Assembly (NCBI GenBank): GCA_048887225.1
Contig: JBHLJY010000005.1
Coordinates: 96,001 to 160,000 of the forward strand
Direction: 5' to 3'
Length of the DNA stretch: 64,000 bases
From: Candidatus Hodarchaeota archaeon
GTDB lineage: Archaea; Asgardarchaeota; Lokiarchaeia; Sigyniarchaeales; SOKP01
Shown: positions 10,532-19,875 of the stretch, piece after piece
Position numbering within the stretch: the first letter of the stretch is position 1
How the letters are laid out: every line of letters begins with the position of its first letter
The notes under the pieces: model-generated
Seen by the model: only the letters and a program-made list of their open reading frames with translations
Told to the model about the DNA's origin: nothing
Databases searched by the model: none
Position numbers and translations under genes: made by a program

Positions 10532-11974
10532 ATGGATGATAATAAGCTCTCTAAATTCGTGAAGCTGATGTCTAAAGAAATATCAGACTCAGATTTAGAT
10601 TTAGTTAATTTAGGAAAAACCTTAGGATTAGATCTAGTACTATTTGCTGATTTAAGAGCGTCTCAAGAGGATAATTTTGCTGATGCTGTTAGGCAAAAAG
10701 CTTTGAGGAAGATGAAAAGAGATAAAGATAACTACTTAAGCAACAACGATTTATTCTATGCTGGCAGTGTTGATTTTATGGTGTGTGATGAGCCAGGAGG
10801 AAAGAAATTTTTTCTTTTGGAGACTAATGGTGGTTCAAATCGCGGGCTTTCTATCCTCACAAAAAAACAACAAACTATTATATATAATGGATATTTTGAA
10901 GCTATTTCTCAAGCTATTAAAAAGAATAAGCGAGGAGATAACAAAGTACTTATTCTTGTTGGAGTTCCGATAGATGATGGTTTAATTCACGAAAAAGTAA
11001 TATTGATTGATTATTTAAGAAAAGAAATAAGAAAAAGAGAGCTTTCGGTAGACATATTTAATGTTAACAATTTTAAAGAGGAATTTGATGTTGACGTTGC
11101 GTTTTTAATTGCTGATTACAAGCAGTTATCCACATCTTTATCCTTTTCAGAAAATTGGTTCAAATTTAAAGATGTTTCTAAAATTAGCGTTCTTATAGGA
11201 GATGGTATTGCGCGTCGGTTTCAAAATGATGTGTTTGCTCAATTAATAAGAAAAGATTTTCGAAAAATTCATACAATTATCGTTAATCCTATTTATCGAG
11301 TTACGGATGATAAATCGCTAACTTATTTAGCAAGTTATTTTGCTAAGGACATCCTTAAAAAGTATAATTTAAAATATCTTCTATTTACAAAAGCTTATAA
11401 TGAGAGTGAATTAATAGAAAAATTGGGATATATCATAAAAAAATATAAAAAACCTTTTATAATTAAGCCTGATGGCGGTTCTGGGGGAGCAGGAGTCCTT
11501 CCGATATCTCCAGATGAAGATCCGTCCAATATTAAAAATCTAATAGAGGAGAGTAAGAAAGAATTTTTTGCGAAATTTATGAAAAATCGAGATCCTTTTC
11601 CATATACAATCCAAGAAATGGCTGATTTTTCGTTAATAGACTGGAAAGGGGGCAAACATACGTTCGATTTAAGGATTTATATGTCTCAGATAAATGGAAA
11701 AATTATCCCAATTGGGGGATTAGCAAGAATAGCAAGAGGCAGTTATCATGGAACTTTAGAAAAACAAGAATTTGTTGTAAATCTATCTGGATTTGATGGA
11801 GTCATAGAAGTTGAACGTGGACAAGGAGTTTCCAAAAATAATAGTAAGCTCTTGAATTTATCCATGGATGATTTTGTAAATATTTTTTGTATTGGATGTG
11901 TAATGTTTGTAAGCATGGCCAAAAATTTTCAAAAAATTATTGAGTTCTCAGATTGGGGCCAAATTATTGGTTAG
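10532..11974 (+). CDS. Circularly permuted ATP-grasp amide/peptide ligase
   Basis: The metal-binding DFMV...LLETN segment lies at aa 81-99 (N-terminal), while IIKPDGGSGGAG (K312), YTIQE, FDLRIY (D379), GGLARIA and VVNLS lie C-terminal. Confidence 0.75.
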   Translation: MDDNKLSKFVKLMSKEISDSDLDLVNLGKTLGLDLVLFADLRASQEDNFADAVRQKALRKMKRDKDNYLSNNDLFYAGSVDFMVCDEPGGKKFFLLETNGGSNRGLSILTKKQQTIIYNGYFEAISQAIKKNKRGDNKVLILVGVPIDDGLIHEKVILIDYLRKEIRKRELSVDIFNVNNFKEEFDVDVAFLIADYKQLSTSLSFSENWFKFKDVSKISVLIGDGIARRFQNDVFAQLIRKDFRKIHTIIVNPIYRVTDDKSLTYLASYFAKDILKKYNLKYLLFTKAYNESELIEKLGYIIKKYKKPFIIKPDGGSGGAGVLPISPDEDPSNIKNLIEESKKEFFAKFMKNRDPFPYTIQEMADFSLIDWKGGKHTFDLRIYMSQINGKIIPIGGLARIARGSYHGTLEKQEFVVNLSGFDGVIEVERGQGVSKNNSKLLNLSMDDFVNIFCIGCVMFVSMAKNFQKIIEFSDWGQIIG

Positions 11975-11986
11975 AATTGAAAAATT

Positions 11987-13147
11987 ATGAAACTTGAAAC
12001 CTTAAAACACTTATTAAATATATCCAAAAGACGAGAGTTATTTGAAAAAATTTTAAATTTTTTAGAGTCCCTAAATAATTTAAATTATATAGTTTACGAG
12101 ATATTCAATATATCAGATGGAACTATCCCCATCATATATATTGGGAAGAATTTTGATGTTGATAAAGTTAAATATGTAAAAATCTTTGTTGGCGCTCAAC
12201 ATAATGAATATAATGGATTATTTGGTATTTTAGAATTTCTTAAAATGGTTCAAAATCAAAAAATCTCTGTAAATGAAATTTTGAAGGAAGACCAGATTTT
12301 AATTTTTTTTCCATTAATGAATCCTTACGGTTTCCTCAACCCTTCCATCCACAATAAATCTGGTTATTATTTAAAAGATGGGACGAATCTTAATAGATTC
12401 TGGCGTAGAACATTTGCTCCTGATTATAACAATTATAATGATGATCAAATTGAATATCCTATTCCAGAACATGCTAATATTGTGAAAAAAATACTTAAGA
12501 AATACTGGGAAAAAGAAGATATGCCCATTTATTTATTGGATTTTCATGAAACATCTCTTCTTGAAAGAATTCCAAAAGAATTGCGTAAAAACTTAATGAA
12601 AGAGTCTATCACCTATAAATTTGATCATTGGCTCAAAGAAGGTATTATACTAAATGTAATGGAGCTCTATCATATAAAATATTATGAAAAACCTCTATTT
12701 TTTAAATGCACCCCTTCTGCAAACCATAATCATATAAGCTTAAGTATTAAACAATTAGATACAGTTTTCGAAAAATTATTAGAATACATGACAACAAATA
12801 AGGACAAATTGCCTTTTTACTTTTGCCACAGCGAGAAAAGCAAGGATTATTGCGAGAATGTAGCAAAAAACGTTTATAATAAGTTAAAAGATAAACTTTG
12901 GGAAACTAAGTATGCTGCAGTAAAACATTTCCATGATCATGGATGTCTTGTAATGATGGGAGATGCTACATCCCGATCTAACGTATTTTCTATAGAACTA
13001 GAAAGTCAAAAGCAATTTTTTGATCTTTTTATTGAAATTGAAAAATCTCAAAACAACACAAATTATTTCGAAAAAAAATTAAAATCAATCAACTTAAGTA
13101 TTGAATTAGCTGTTGAATCGATTTTAACATTGATTAAAACATTTTGA
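11987..13147 (+). CDS. M14-family Zn carboxypeptidase / deacylase
   Basis: GAQHNE (variant of HxxE), PLMNPYG, NLNRFW, LDFHE, FSIEL. Confidence 0.75.
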   Translation: MKLETLKHLLNISKRRELFEKILNFLESLNNLNYIVYEIFNISDGTIPIIYIGKNFDVDKVKYVKIFVGAQHNEYNGLFGILEFLKMVQNQKISVNEILKEDQILIFFPLMNPYGFLNPSIHNKSGYYLKDGTNLNRFWRRTFAPDYNNYNDDQIEYPIPEHANIVKKILKKYWEKEDMPIYLLDFHETSLLERIPKELRKNLMKESITYKFDHWLKEGIILNVMELYHIKYYEKPLFFKCTPSANHNHISLSIKQLDTVFEKLLEYMTTNKDKLPFYFCHSEKSKDYCENVAKNVYNKLKDKLWETKYAAVKHFHDHGCLVMMGDATSRSNVFSIELESQKQFFDLFIEIEKSQNNTNYFEKKLKSINLSIELAVESILTLIKTF

Positions 13148-14131
13148 TTATTCATTAAAAAATCTAAGAGTGGCTCCAACTAAGACTAATTCATTCTTTT
13201 TTTGCATATGCCCTCCTTTTGATAGAATTACTCGATTTTTATCGGAAGACTCTAAAATTATATAATTTTCTTTAAAATTTTTGAACGGAATTATCTTATC
13301 GTTTCTGGTGTGTATTAACAAAACTTTTTCTGAGAATCGTTTCCATTCAACTTCAGAGAGAGAGTTTCTTATATCTTTAATTACGATTGATGGAGATAAC
13401 TTCCGATTTTCTACATCATCAGGAGATAAATTAATACCTTTTATAAAATAGCTTAATTTAACTATTAGATTCGATTCTAATATATTTTTTTTATAATCTG
13501 ACATTGAAGAAATAGCAATTATTTTCTCAACATTTTTATTTGGAAAACCTCCGCATAACACAGTTAAGGCTCCAATACTTAAACCAACCGAATAAATCTT
13601 CATTTGGCTAAACTTATCGCTAGATTTTAACCACTCGATTATTCTAATATAATCATCTATTCGCTTTAAAAAATCGCTTCGATTACCTGCTTTTTTAGAT
13701 TCTCCAATCCCTCTCGCATCGTAAGCTAAAATTATATAACCATTATATGCTAAAGGAAAATAATAATATTGGAGGCTTTCTTTTCTGTCAGAAAAGCCAG
13801 GGCTAATAATTACTACAGCATTTTTTTTGTTTCTAGCCTTTTGATTTTTCGATTTTATTAAATCAGCATATAAATCTCCACCCTCAACTTTAATTTTTAC
13901 TTTTGAAATCTCGAGCTCTTTTAAATATAAATTTTCCCATCTATCAAAATATATATCTCTCCAACTAAAATAAATTTGAAAAGGTGTAAAAATGATTAAA
14001 AAAGTTGTAGTAGATAAAATTAAACAAGTCCAAAAAGTATTTCCCCAGGAAGCATTTATATGCCAAATAAACGCACTAATTAAAACATCAATGGCAATTA
14101 AAATGAAATACTTTTTAATTTTAGTTAGCAT
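13148..14131 (-). CDS. Membrane-anchored alpha/beta-hydrolase
   Basis: Two N-terminal hydrophobic segments, PGFS, YDARGIGES, nucleophile GLSIG, NDKIIP, GGH. Start moved to the ATG at 14131 because the track start (14263) overlaps the upstream gene. Confidence 0.82.
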   Translation of the reverse strand: MLTKIKKYFILIAIDVLISAFIWHINASWGNTFWTCLILSTTTFLIIFTPFQIYFSWRDIYFDRWENLYLKELEISKVKIKVEGGDLYADLIKSKNQKARNKKNAVVIISPGFSDRKESLQYYYFPLAYNGYIILAYDARGIGESKKAGNRSDFLKRIDDYIRIIEWLKSSDKFSQMKIYSVGLSIGALTVLCGGFPNKNVEKIIAISSMSDYKKNILESNLIVKLSYFIKGINLSPDDVENRKLSPSIVIKDIRNSLSEVEWKRFSEKVLLIHTRNDKIIPFKNFKENYIILESSDKNRVILSKGGHMQKKNELVLVGATLRFFNE

Positions 14132-14141
14132 GCGAAATAAG

Positions 14142-14516
14142 TTATTTTTTCTTACTTTTTCCCGACCTTTTTCTTTCTGCTTCGGTCCAGGGCTTCTTTT
14201 TTGATTCTTTTCCAGGCGGACACCCAAAATCATCTCTAACTTTACATTCTGGCTTACTATCACTGCCTGGACAAGGTTCGCACTTAATTTTTCTCATCAT
14301 TTTTTCGACTTCATTAACTTCATAGCCAAATTCTTCATCTTCAGTCTCATCGACTAACATCTCATCTTCTATTTCACTAAGGTCGTAGATTAAATCTTCA
14401 GTTAAGTCATCTTTTTCATCGTATAAATCTAAAATTTCATCTCCATCTTCATCAATTTTACCTGAGGGGATTTCATCATTTTCTCTCTCTGCCAGTAGTT
14501 TCTTCTTTTTAGCCAT
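14142..14516 (-). CDS. Small highly acidic protein with a 4-Cys cluster and basic termini
   Basis: 29 D/E in a 60-aa stretch, then CEPC..C..C; 10 nt upstream of the hydrolase start. Confidence 0.7.
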   Translation of the reverse strand: MAKKKKLLAERENDEIPSGKIDEDGDEILDLYDEKDDLTEDLIYDLSEIEDEMLVDETEDEEFGYEVNEVEKMMRKIKCEPCPGSDSKPECKVRDDFGCPPGKESKKKPWTEAERKRSGKSKKK

Positions 14517-14615
14517 TAATTATTCACTAATAGTTTTAATTGGATTAAATTTAAAATTTTTAATGTTCAAAATTAAAATTAAAATTTAGATTTTATGGTT
14601 TTTAAAGATTAAAAA

Positions 14616-15581
14616 TTATACCATACCTATCTCAGATTCTATAAGTCGTGTTATTCCGATATCGAAAAAGTTTTGGAAACTATTTAAATAATATTTAATT
14701 TTATTTCTAACTTGCTGCACTTCTATATTTGATTTCTCATGTACAATATTTTCGAGCATCATTCCTAATTTAATTAAATATCCTTGAAAGCTTGAAATTG
14801 AATCTAGATTTATATTATCATAATTTTTAATTAAATTAATTAACAAGCTTGGGATTTTAATTAAAATTTCTGAAAATTTTTTAATTATATCATTCGATAC
14901 GAGCTTCAAAGTTAAAGCCTCGTTAATAAAATCTCTAATATAGAGGAGAATAACCCTATCGCCAAGAAATCTAATTATGGGTATATTTCGATAACCTTTT
15001 GATATAGGATAGTCGCTAAGACCTGTAATAAGAATCCTTGTTCCTAAACTATATTTGCGTTCAATCTCTGCTAATAATAAATCACCATTTTTTTTAGTTA
15101 TCCCTTCAATGACATTTTTTATAATTCTTCTAAAGACTTCTGAGAGATCCATTAATATATCTTGAAACGGTTTGCTTGATGTGTCTAATAAGAAATTTAT
15201 GAAAAATTCTTGTCCTTCAGAATTATCTTTGAAATCAAAACCTATAGTTTCCCTTTCCAAATTAATTATGAGTTTGTAGATATCTTCTCTATTATCATCA
15301 TTGTATTTTATATAAATCTCGTCTACATTTAATTTAAAAGCAGATATTATAGCTTGTTTTATTAATTTAACAGGCCATTCATTTCCATCAATGTTGAATA
15401 TTGTCTTTTTTTCCTTATCAACTGTTCTTATAATAATTGATTTATCATCGATTGGATATAATGATATATCAGATTTCTCTTTCAGGTTAGCTTGGTTTGT
15501 CCATTCTTGTGGAAATGTCATTGCGTAAGAATTACCAAGCTTTATCACGCTTCTCACATATTTGTTTTTTAGTTCTTTCAT
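14616..15581 (-). CDS. AbrB/SpoVT-domain plus PhoU-like regulator
   Basis: N-terminal RSVIKLGNSYAMTFPQEW (AbrB-type) followed by helical PhoU-like segments. Confidence 0.7.
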   Translation of the reverse strand: MKELKNKYVRSVIKLGNSYAMTFPQEWTNQANLKEKSDISLYPIDDKSIIIRTVDKEKKTIFNIDGNEWPVKLIKQAIISAFKLNVDEIYIKYNDDNREDIYKLIINLERETIGFDFKDNSEGQEFFINFLLDTSSKPFQDILMDLSEVFRRIIKNVIEGITKKNGDLLLAEIERKYSLGTRILITGLSDYPISKGYRNIPIIRFLGDRVILLYIRDFINEALTLKLVSNDIIKKFSEILIKIPSLLINLIKNYDNINLDSISSFQGYLIKLGMMLENIVHEKSNIEVQQVRNKIKYYLNSFQNFFDIGITRLIESEIGMV

Positions 15582-15663
15582 TACAACACCAAATAAACAA
15601 AGTTATATTAATTATATATATGTTCTAGAATTATATCTTTCTTAAACATTTATATATTTATGT

Positions 15664-17721
15664 TTACAAATAAGAAGTAGAAAATTTTATTATATTCTCT
15701 ATTTCTATTTGGATTTTTTTATTTGCTTTTATTTTATTATATATATTTGTAATTTGGAGTAGTACTGATTTTAATTTTTCAAAAGGAAAGATTTTAAAAT
15801 TTGCCAAATTAAAACGAGGTGTTAAATATTTAATTTGAATATTAGGAAAATAGACTTCTGAATATAAAATATTAGATAAAATATTATAAGATTTATTCGA
15901 TTTCTCGTAGTTTTCTTCAAAGTATAATAAAAAAACTAACGAATTTGCTAATTTTTTAAAGAATTCTAAATGTATTTTAATATTTTTGATATCTATTTCT
16001 TTAAAAATCTTTAATTCTGATTTAATCATTTCATATTTCAATTGGGAAAGAAATTGAATAATTTTTCCTATATGATATAAAGAAACGGGAAGCTGGTTAG
16101 GCATTGGCAACCTTTTAATGAAACTTCCATTGAATCTTAAATAACCTCCTGACATATGTAAAGTGCTAAAAAGGCTTTTAAAAACTGTGTCTATCAATTT
16201 GGAATTTAAGATCGTCATAAGACAAATTAGTTTATTTATATCGATTGAGGGAATTCTAATGAAGTATAGTCCAGTGATGTTCGTCAAAACACCAAGATCA
16301 AATACACATGTCAAGTCCTTAGCGATTTCTCTAAATATTATTTTTTCACTGCTGAGGTCATCCCAAATGTCTTTAAAAGCGGGTTTATAATTGAAATATG
16401 AAACTTTTATATCTTTTTTAGCTATTTTTATTCGTTTTTTATATTTTAAATGATATTTTCCTACATTTCCAGTTCCAATTAGAAGTAGATCTTTTTTAGA
16501 TTTTCTTTTTTCACTAATATTATCAAAAAATTTACTGTATTTCAAAAACCCAAATGGTCGATAAATAATTTTTAAATCATTAAACGTCTCTGAAATTGTT
16601 TTAAATTTAGAATAGAGGTGACTAATTAATTCAATATTACCTGAAATTGGAATTACATTAGATGGAAGTTGATTAATTAATTTCTGAGAAAAAATAAAGA
16701 ATTCTGAAACATTAGATTTAATGATTTCCCCGATATCACTATAAGTTTTTATGATTATTTCATTAGAACCACTAGGAAATCTGTTTTTAAGAGAGAGGAT
16801 TACTGGATATGTTGCTGTTTTGTGAAAAACGGGTAATGAGGAAATATTGATAATCTCTCTAAGTTCTGTTTTATTTATTAATAAATCTCTTATTTTAATA
16901 CCGTAATCCGAAGATAAAAATTTATTAGGTAAAATAAATGAAATGTATCCTGTATTTTTTTTTAATATTTGTAAAGATTTTTCAATAAATAAAATCGAAA
17001 TGTCAAATAACCGATAAGCTGAGTAGAACTTATTGTATAATTGTTTTTTATATATTTTATTTTTTAATTTCTTATTTTCAATATAGGGGGGATTTCCAAT
17101 TATAAAATCAAAATAATTATCTTTATCAAATTCTAAAAGATAATCCAAATTATAAACATTAAGTTTGATATTGATGTGTTGAAAAATTTTCCCAATATCA
17201 TTTTTATTTAGGTTTTTTAAATCAGTTTCTATAGTATTTTGATATAATGTTTGATCTGATTGATCTGAATATATCCAATTCAGTAACTTTAATTTTGAGA
17301 TATAACATGAAGATTTATCAATGTCTATTCCATAAATATTATTTTGAATAATTTTCTTTTTTAAATCAAATTCTTTCAAACTTGGATTAATTTTCTTCCT
17401 TAAATTGAATAATAATTTTGCTACAGAAATTAAAAATCTTCCAGAACCACAAGAAGGATCTAAAACTTTAATATTTTCAATCTTCTTATTTATGATTTCC
17501 TTTAATTCGTCATTTCTAACTAAAAATTGAATTAAATTATGGATATCCAATTCTTTCGTAAAATACCCATATAATTGGAGTAAATCTTTGATGCAAATTT
17601 TAAATATACTTTTTACAATAAAATCAGCAATTTCATTTGGTGTATATATAACACCAAAATTTTTTTGATTTTTAAAGCTTTGATTCTCGAAATTATCTAT
17701 TAACTCATTTAAAAATTCCAT
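15664..17721 (-). CDS. N6-adenine DNA methyltransferase (TaqI/Eco57I-like) with no adjacent nuclease
   Basis: YTPNEIA, DPSCGSGRFL (motif I), GIDID, IGNPPY (motif IV), TaqI-C-like target-recognition region. Confidence 0.88.
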   Translation of the reverse strand: MEFLNELIDNFENQSFKNQKNFGVIYTPNEIADFIVKSIFKICIKDLLQLYGYFTKELDIHNLIQFLVRNDELKEIINKKIENIKVLDPSCGSGRFLISVAKLLFNLRKKINPSLKEFDLKKKIIQNNIYGIDIDKSSCYISKLKLLNWIYSDQSDQTLYQNTIETDLKNLNKNDIGKIFQHINIKLNVYNLDYLLEFDKDNYFDFIIGNPPYIENKKLKNKIYKKQLYNKFYSAYRLFDISILFIEKSLQILKKNTGYISFILPNKFLSSDYGIKIRDLLINKTELREIINISSLPVFHKTATYPVILSLKNRFPSGSNEIIIKTYSDIGEIIKSNVSEFFIFSQKLINQLPSNVIPISGNIELISHLYSKFKTISETFNDLKIIYRPFGFLKYSKFFDNISEKRKSKKDLLLIGTGNVGKYHLKYKKRIKIAKKDIKVSYFNYKPAFKDIWDDLSSEKIIFREIAKDLTCVFDLGVLTNITGLYFIRIPSIDINKLICLMTILNSKLIDTVFKSLFSTLHMSGGYLRFNGSFIKRLPMPNQLPVSLYHIGKIIQFLSQLKYEMIKSELKIFKEIDIKNIKIHLEFFKKLANSLVFLLYFEENYEKSNKSYNILSNILYSEVYFPNIQIKYLTPRFNLANFKIFPFEKLKSVLLQITNIYNKIKANKKIQIEIENIIKFSTSYL

Positions 17722-17844
17722 TTTATAGATTATAATATTATCATTTTAAGTTTCTTACTTATAATATTATACAAAGATAGTTTTATAATTGTAGAAATAC
17801 TATTCCATTAAAATTGTCTAGTTTATATATAATAGGTATGCGTA

Positions 17845-18750
17845 TTGATTGATAATACTTTTTTACAAAAATTAATTAAAACGCCAGAATCTATCACTAA
17901 ACTTGATTTTGATACAATTTCAGAAATTTTGAAACAAGCCAGAGATATTTTTAAAGATGAACCTCTATTATTGGAATTTGATTTAGACAATTCGGAGGAA
18001 GTTTTTGTTCTTGGTGATATCCATGGTAATATGCGTACATTAATGAAAATTATAGATATAATTAATCAACAAAAACCTAAATTGGTAATATCGTTAGGGG
18101 ATATAGTTGATAGGGGAACGAATCAATTGGAATGTTTAATTGTAGTTTTAGCTTTAAAAATTCTTAAACATGATAGTTTTTACATATTAAGAGGAAATCA
18201 CGAGACCTTAGAGATGAACCAAGCATATGGATTTTTTTATGATTTCCTCCAGAGATTTAAGGATTATAATAAATTTAGCGAAATTTTAGCAGTTTATGAT
18301 ATGCTTCCTATGTGCGCGATCATCAATAATTTAATTTTATGTTTACATGGAGGAATTCCTGAAGACATAGATATCTTAAATAAATTAAAAGGATTAAGAC
18401 ATAACAATATTGATAATTCTACTTTAAAGACGATTAATGAAGGTATTTTCCAAATTTTATGGAATGATCCAAAACAATCTGGATTGCGGGGTTTTGAGGG
18501 AAGTTTTAGAGGGTCTGGAATTAAATTTTTTGGCGAGGACGTTTTCGATAATTTCATGGAGTCAAATAATCTTAAATACCTTATTCGAGCCCATGAATGC
18601 TTTCCCGAGGGTTATAAATGGTTTTTCAACGGACGATTACTTTCAATATTTTCCGCAGCAAACTATCGTGGAGATTTTTCACCGAATCCTGCTTCTTATG
18701 CAATTATAAAAAATAATAGAATTATCCCTAAAACGCTAGAACTTCTATAA
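17845..18750 (+). CDS. PPP-family Ser/Thr protein phosphatase
   Basis: GDIHG, GDIVDRG, LRGNHE, HGGI, LWNDP, IRAHE, FSAANY. Confidence 0.93.
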   Translation: MIDNTFLQKLIKTPESITKLDFDTISEILKQARDIFKDEPLLLEFDLDNSEEVFVLGDIHGNMRTLMKIIDIINQQKPKLVISLGDIVDRGTNQLECLIVVLALKILKHDSFYILRGNHETLEMNQAYGFFYDFLQRFKDYNKFSEILAVYDMLPMCAIINNLILCLHGGIPEDIDILNKLKGLRHNNIDNSTLKTINEGIFQILWNDPKQSGLRGFEGSFRGSGIKFFGEDVFDNFMESNNLKYLIRAHECFPEGYKWFFNGRLLSIFSAANYRGDFSPNPASYAIIKNNRIIPKTLELL

Positions 18751-18867
18751 TATTAATTCAGGAGACTTTTCTACAAAAGTAATTCATTATTAGATTTTTG
18801 AGGAAATAATTTTTATTTATCAACTTATAAGAAAAATTAGTTTTAATATTGATGCTGTCTCCTTAAT

Positions 18868-19131
18868 TTACATAATCTCACTCGCGTCCGGTTTCACAAA
18901 CAATAAATTATTCCCACGAATAAAGATCTCATTGTACTTCGCAATTGGGCTTCCATTCATGATTTCTGTGGCATCTTCTAAAATCATATTCATATAGGCA
19001 TCTATCTCCTTTAATATTCCTCGATACTCCGTACCGTCCTTCAATCGTAATAATATTTTTGATTTTTGGGCGTTTTGCAATATTGTTAATGGATTTTTCG
19101 ATTTTCTTTGTGGATTATTATTAAGCGACAT
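18868..19131 (-). CDS. Sm/Lsm-like RNA-binding protein
   Basis: Sm1 LKDG.EYRG.L..IDAYMNMIL, Sm2 IFIRGNN. Confidence 0.93.
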   Translation of the reverse strand: MSLNNNPQRKSKNPLTILQNAQKSKILLRLKDGTEYRGILKEIDAYMNMILEDATEIMNGSPIAKYNEIFIRGNNLLFVKPDASEIM

Positions 19132-19248
19132 ACTAACTTTATCCCTTTTTATACCTTTTCAAAATAAAAAATTATTATTAAACTATTTAAAGATAAATTT
19201 TTTTGAATAAAAACCTTATTATCTGATATTAACCTATTTTAAGTTTCA

Positions 19249-19866
19249 TTGGTTATTTTTTTGAAAAAGAAGAGAGAGAACCAGAATAAGAAAAAAGAGA
19301 TTATAATTAAATACAATTCAACCTCAGATTATTATGAGAGAAGATATAAAGAAATTCAATATAATAAATATAAAATCGTTCTAAAGAGTTATGCCGTAGG
19401 GGGGAAAATTATATTAGATGCTGGTTGTGGTACTGGTTTACTATACGATTTTTTAATTAACTCACTAGAACGAATCAAAACACCATTTTATTCTTATATT
19501 GCAATTGATATTTCAATCAATATGCTAAAGATTTTCAAATTGAAGAATTTGAATAAAGATAAGAAAATAGGAAACAAATTAAATCTAATTTTATGTGATT
19601 TGGAAAATTTACCAATCAGAAGTAATATCTTTAATTCATTTTTTTCTCTTACTTCTCTGCAAAATCTACCTCACATTGTTGATGGTGTTAAAGAAATGCT
19701 TAGAGTAGTTAAAGATAATGCCGATATAAAATTTTCAATCTTAAATAAAAATATAGATTTGAATAAATTAATCTCACAATTAAAATCAAGAATCTTCGAG
19801 CTTCAAATTCTTAATAATGAAATCGTAGAAGATGTTATTATACAAGGAAAAAAGCTGAAAAATTGA
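19249..19866 (+). CDS. Class I SAM-dependent methyltransferase
   Basis: ILDAGCGTG, IDIS..ML, CDLENLP. Confidence 0.85.
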   Translation: MVIFLKKKRENQNKKKEIIIKYNSTSDYYERRYKEIQYNKYKIVLKSYAVGGKIILDAGCGTGLLYDFLINSLERIKTPFYSYIAIDISINMLKIFKLKNLNKDKKIGNKLNLILCDLENLPIRSNIFNSFFSLTSLQNLPHIVDGVKEMLRVVKDNADIKFSILNKNIDLNKLISQLKSRIFELQILNNEIVEDVIIQGKKLKN

Positions 19867-19875
19867 AGTGAAATA

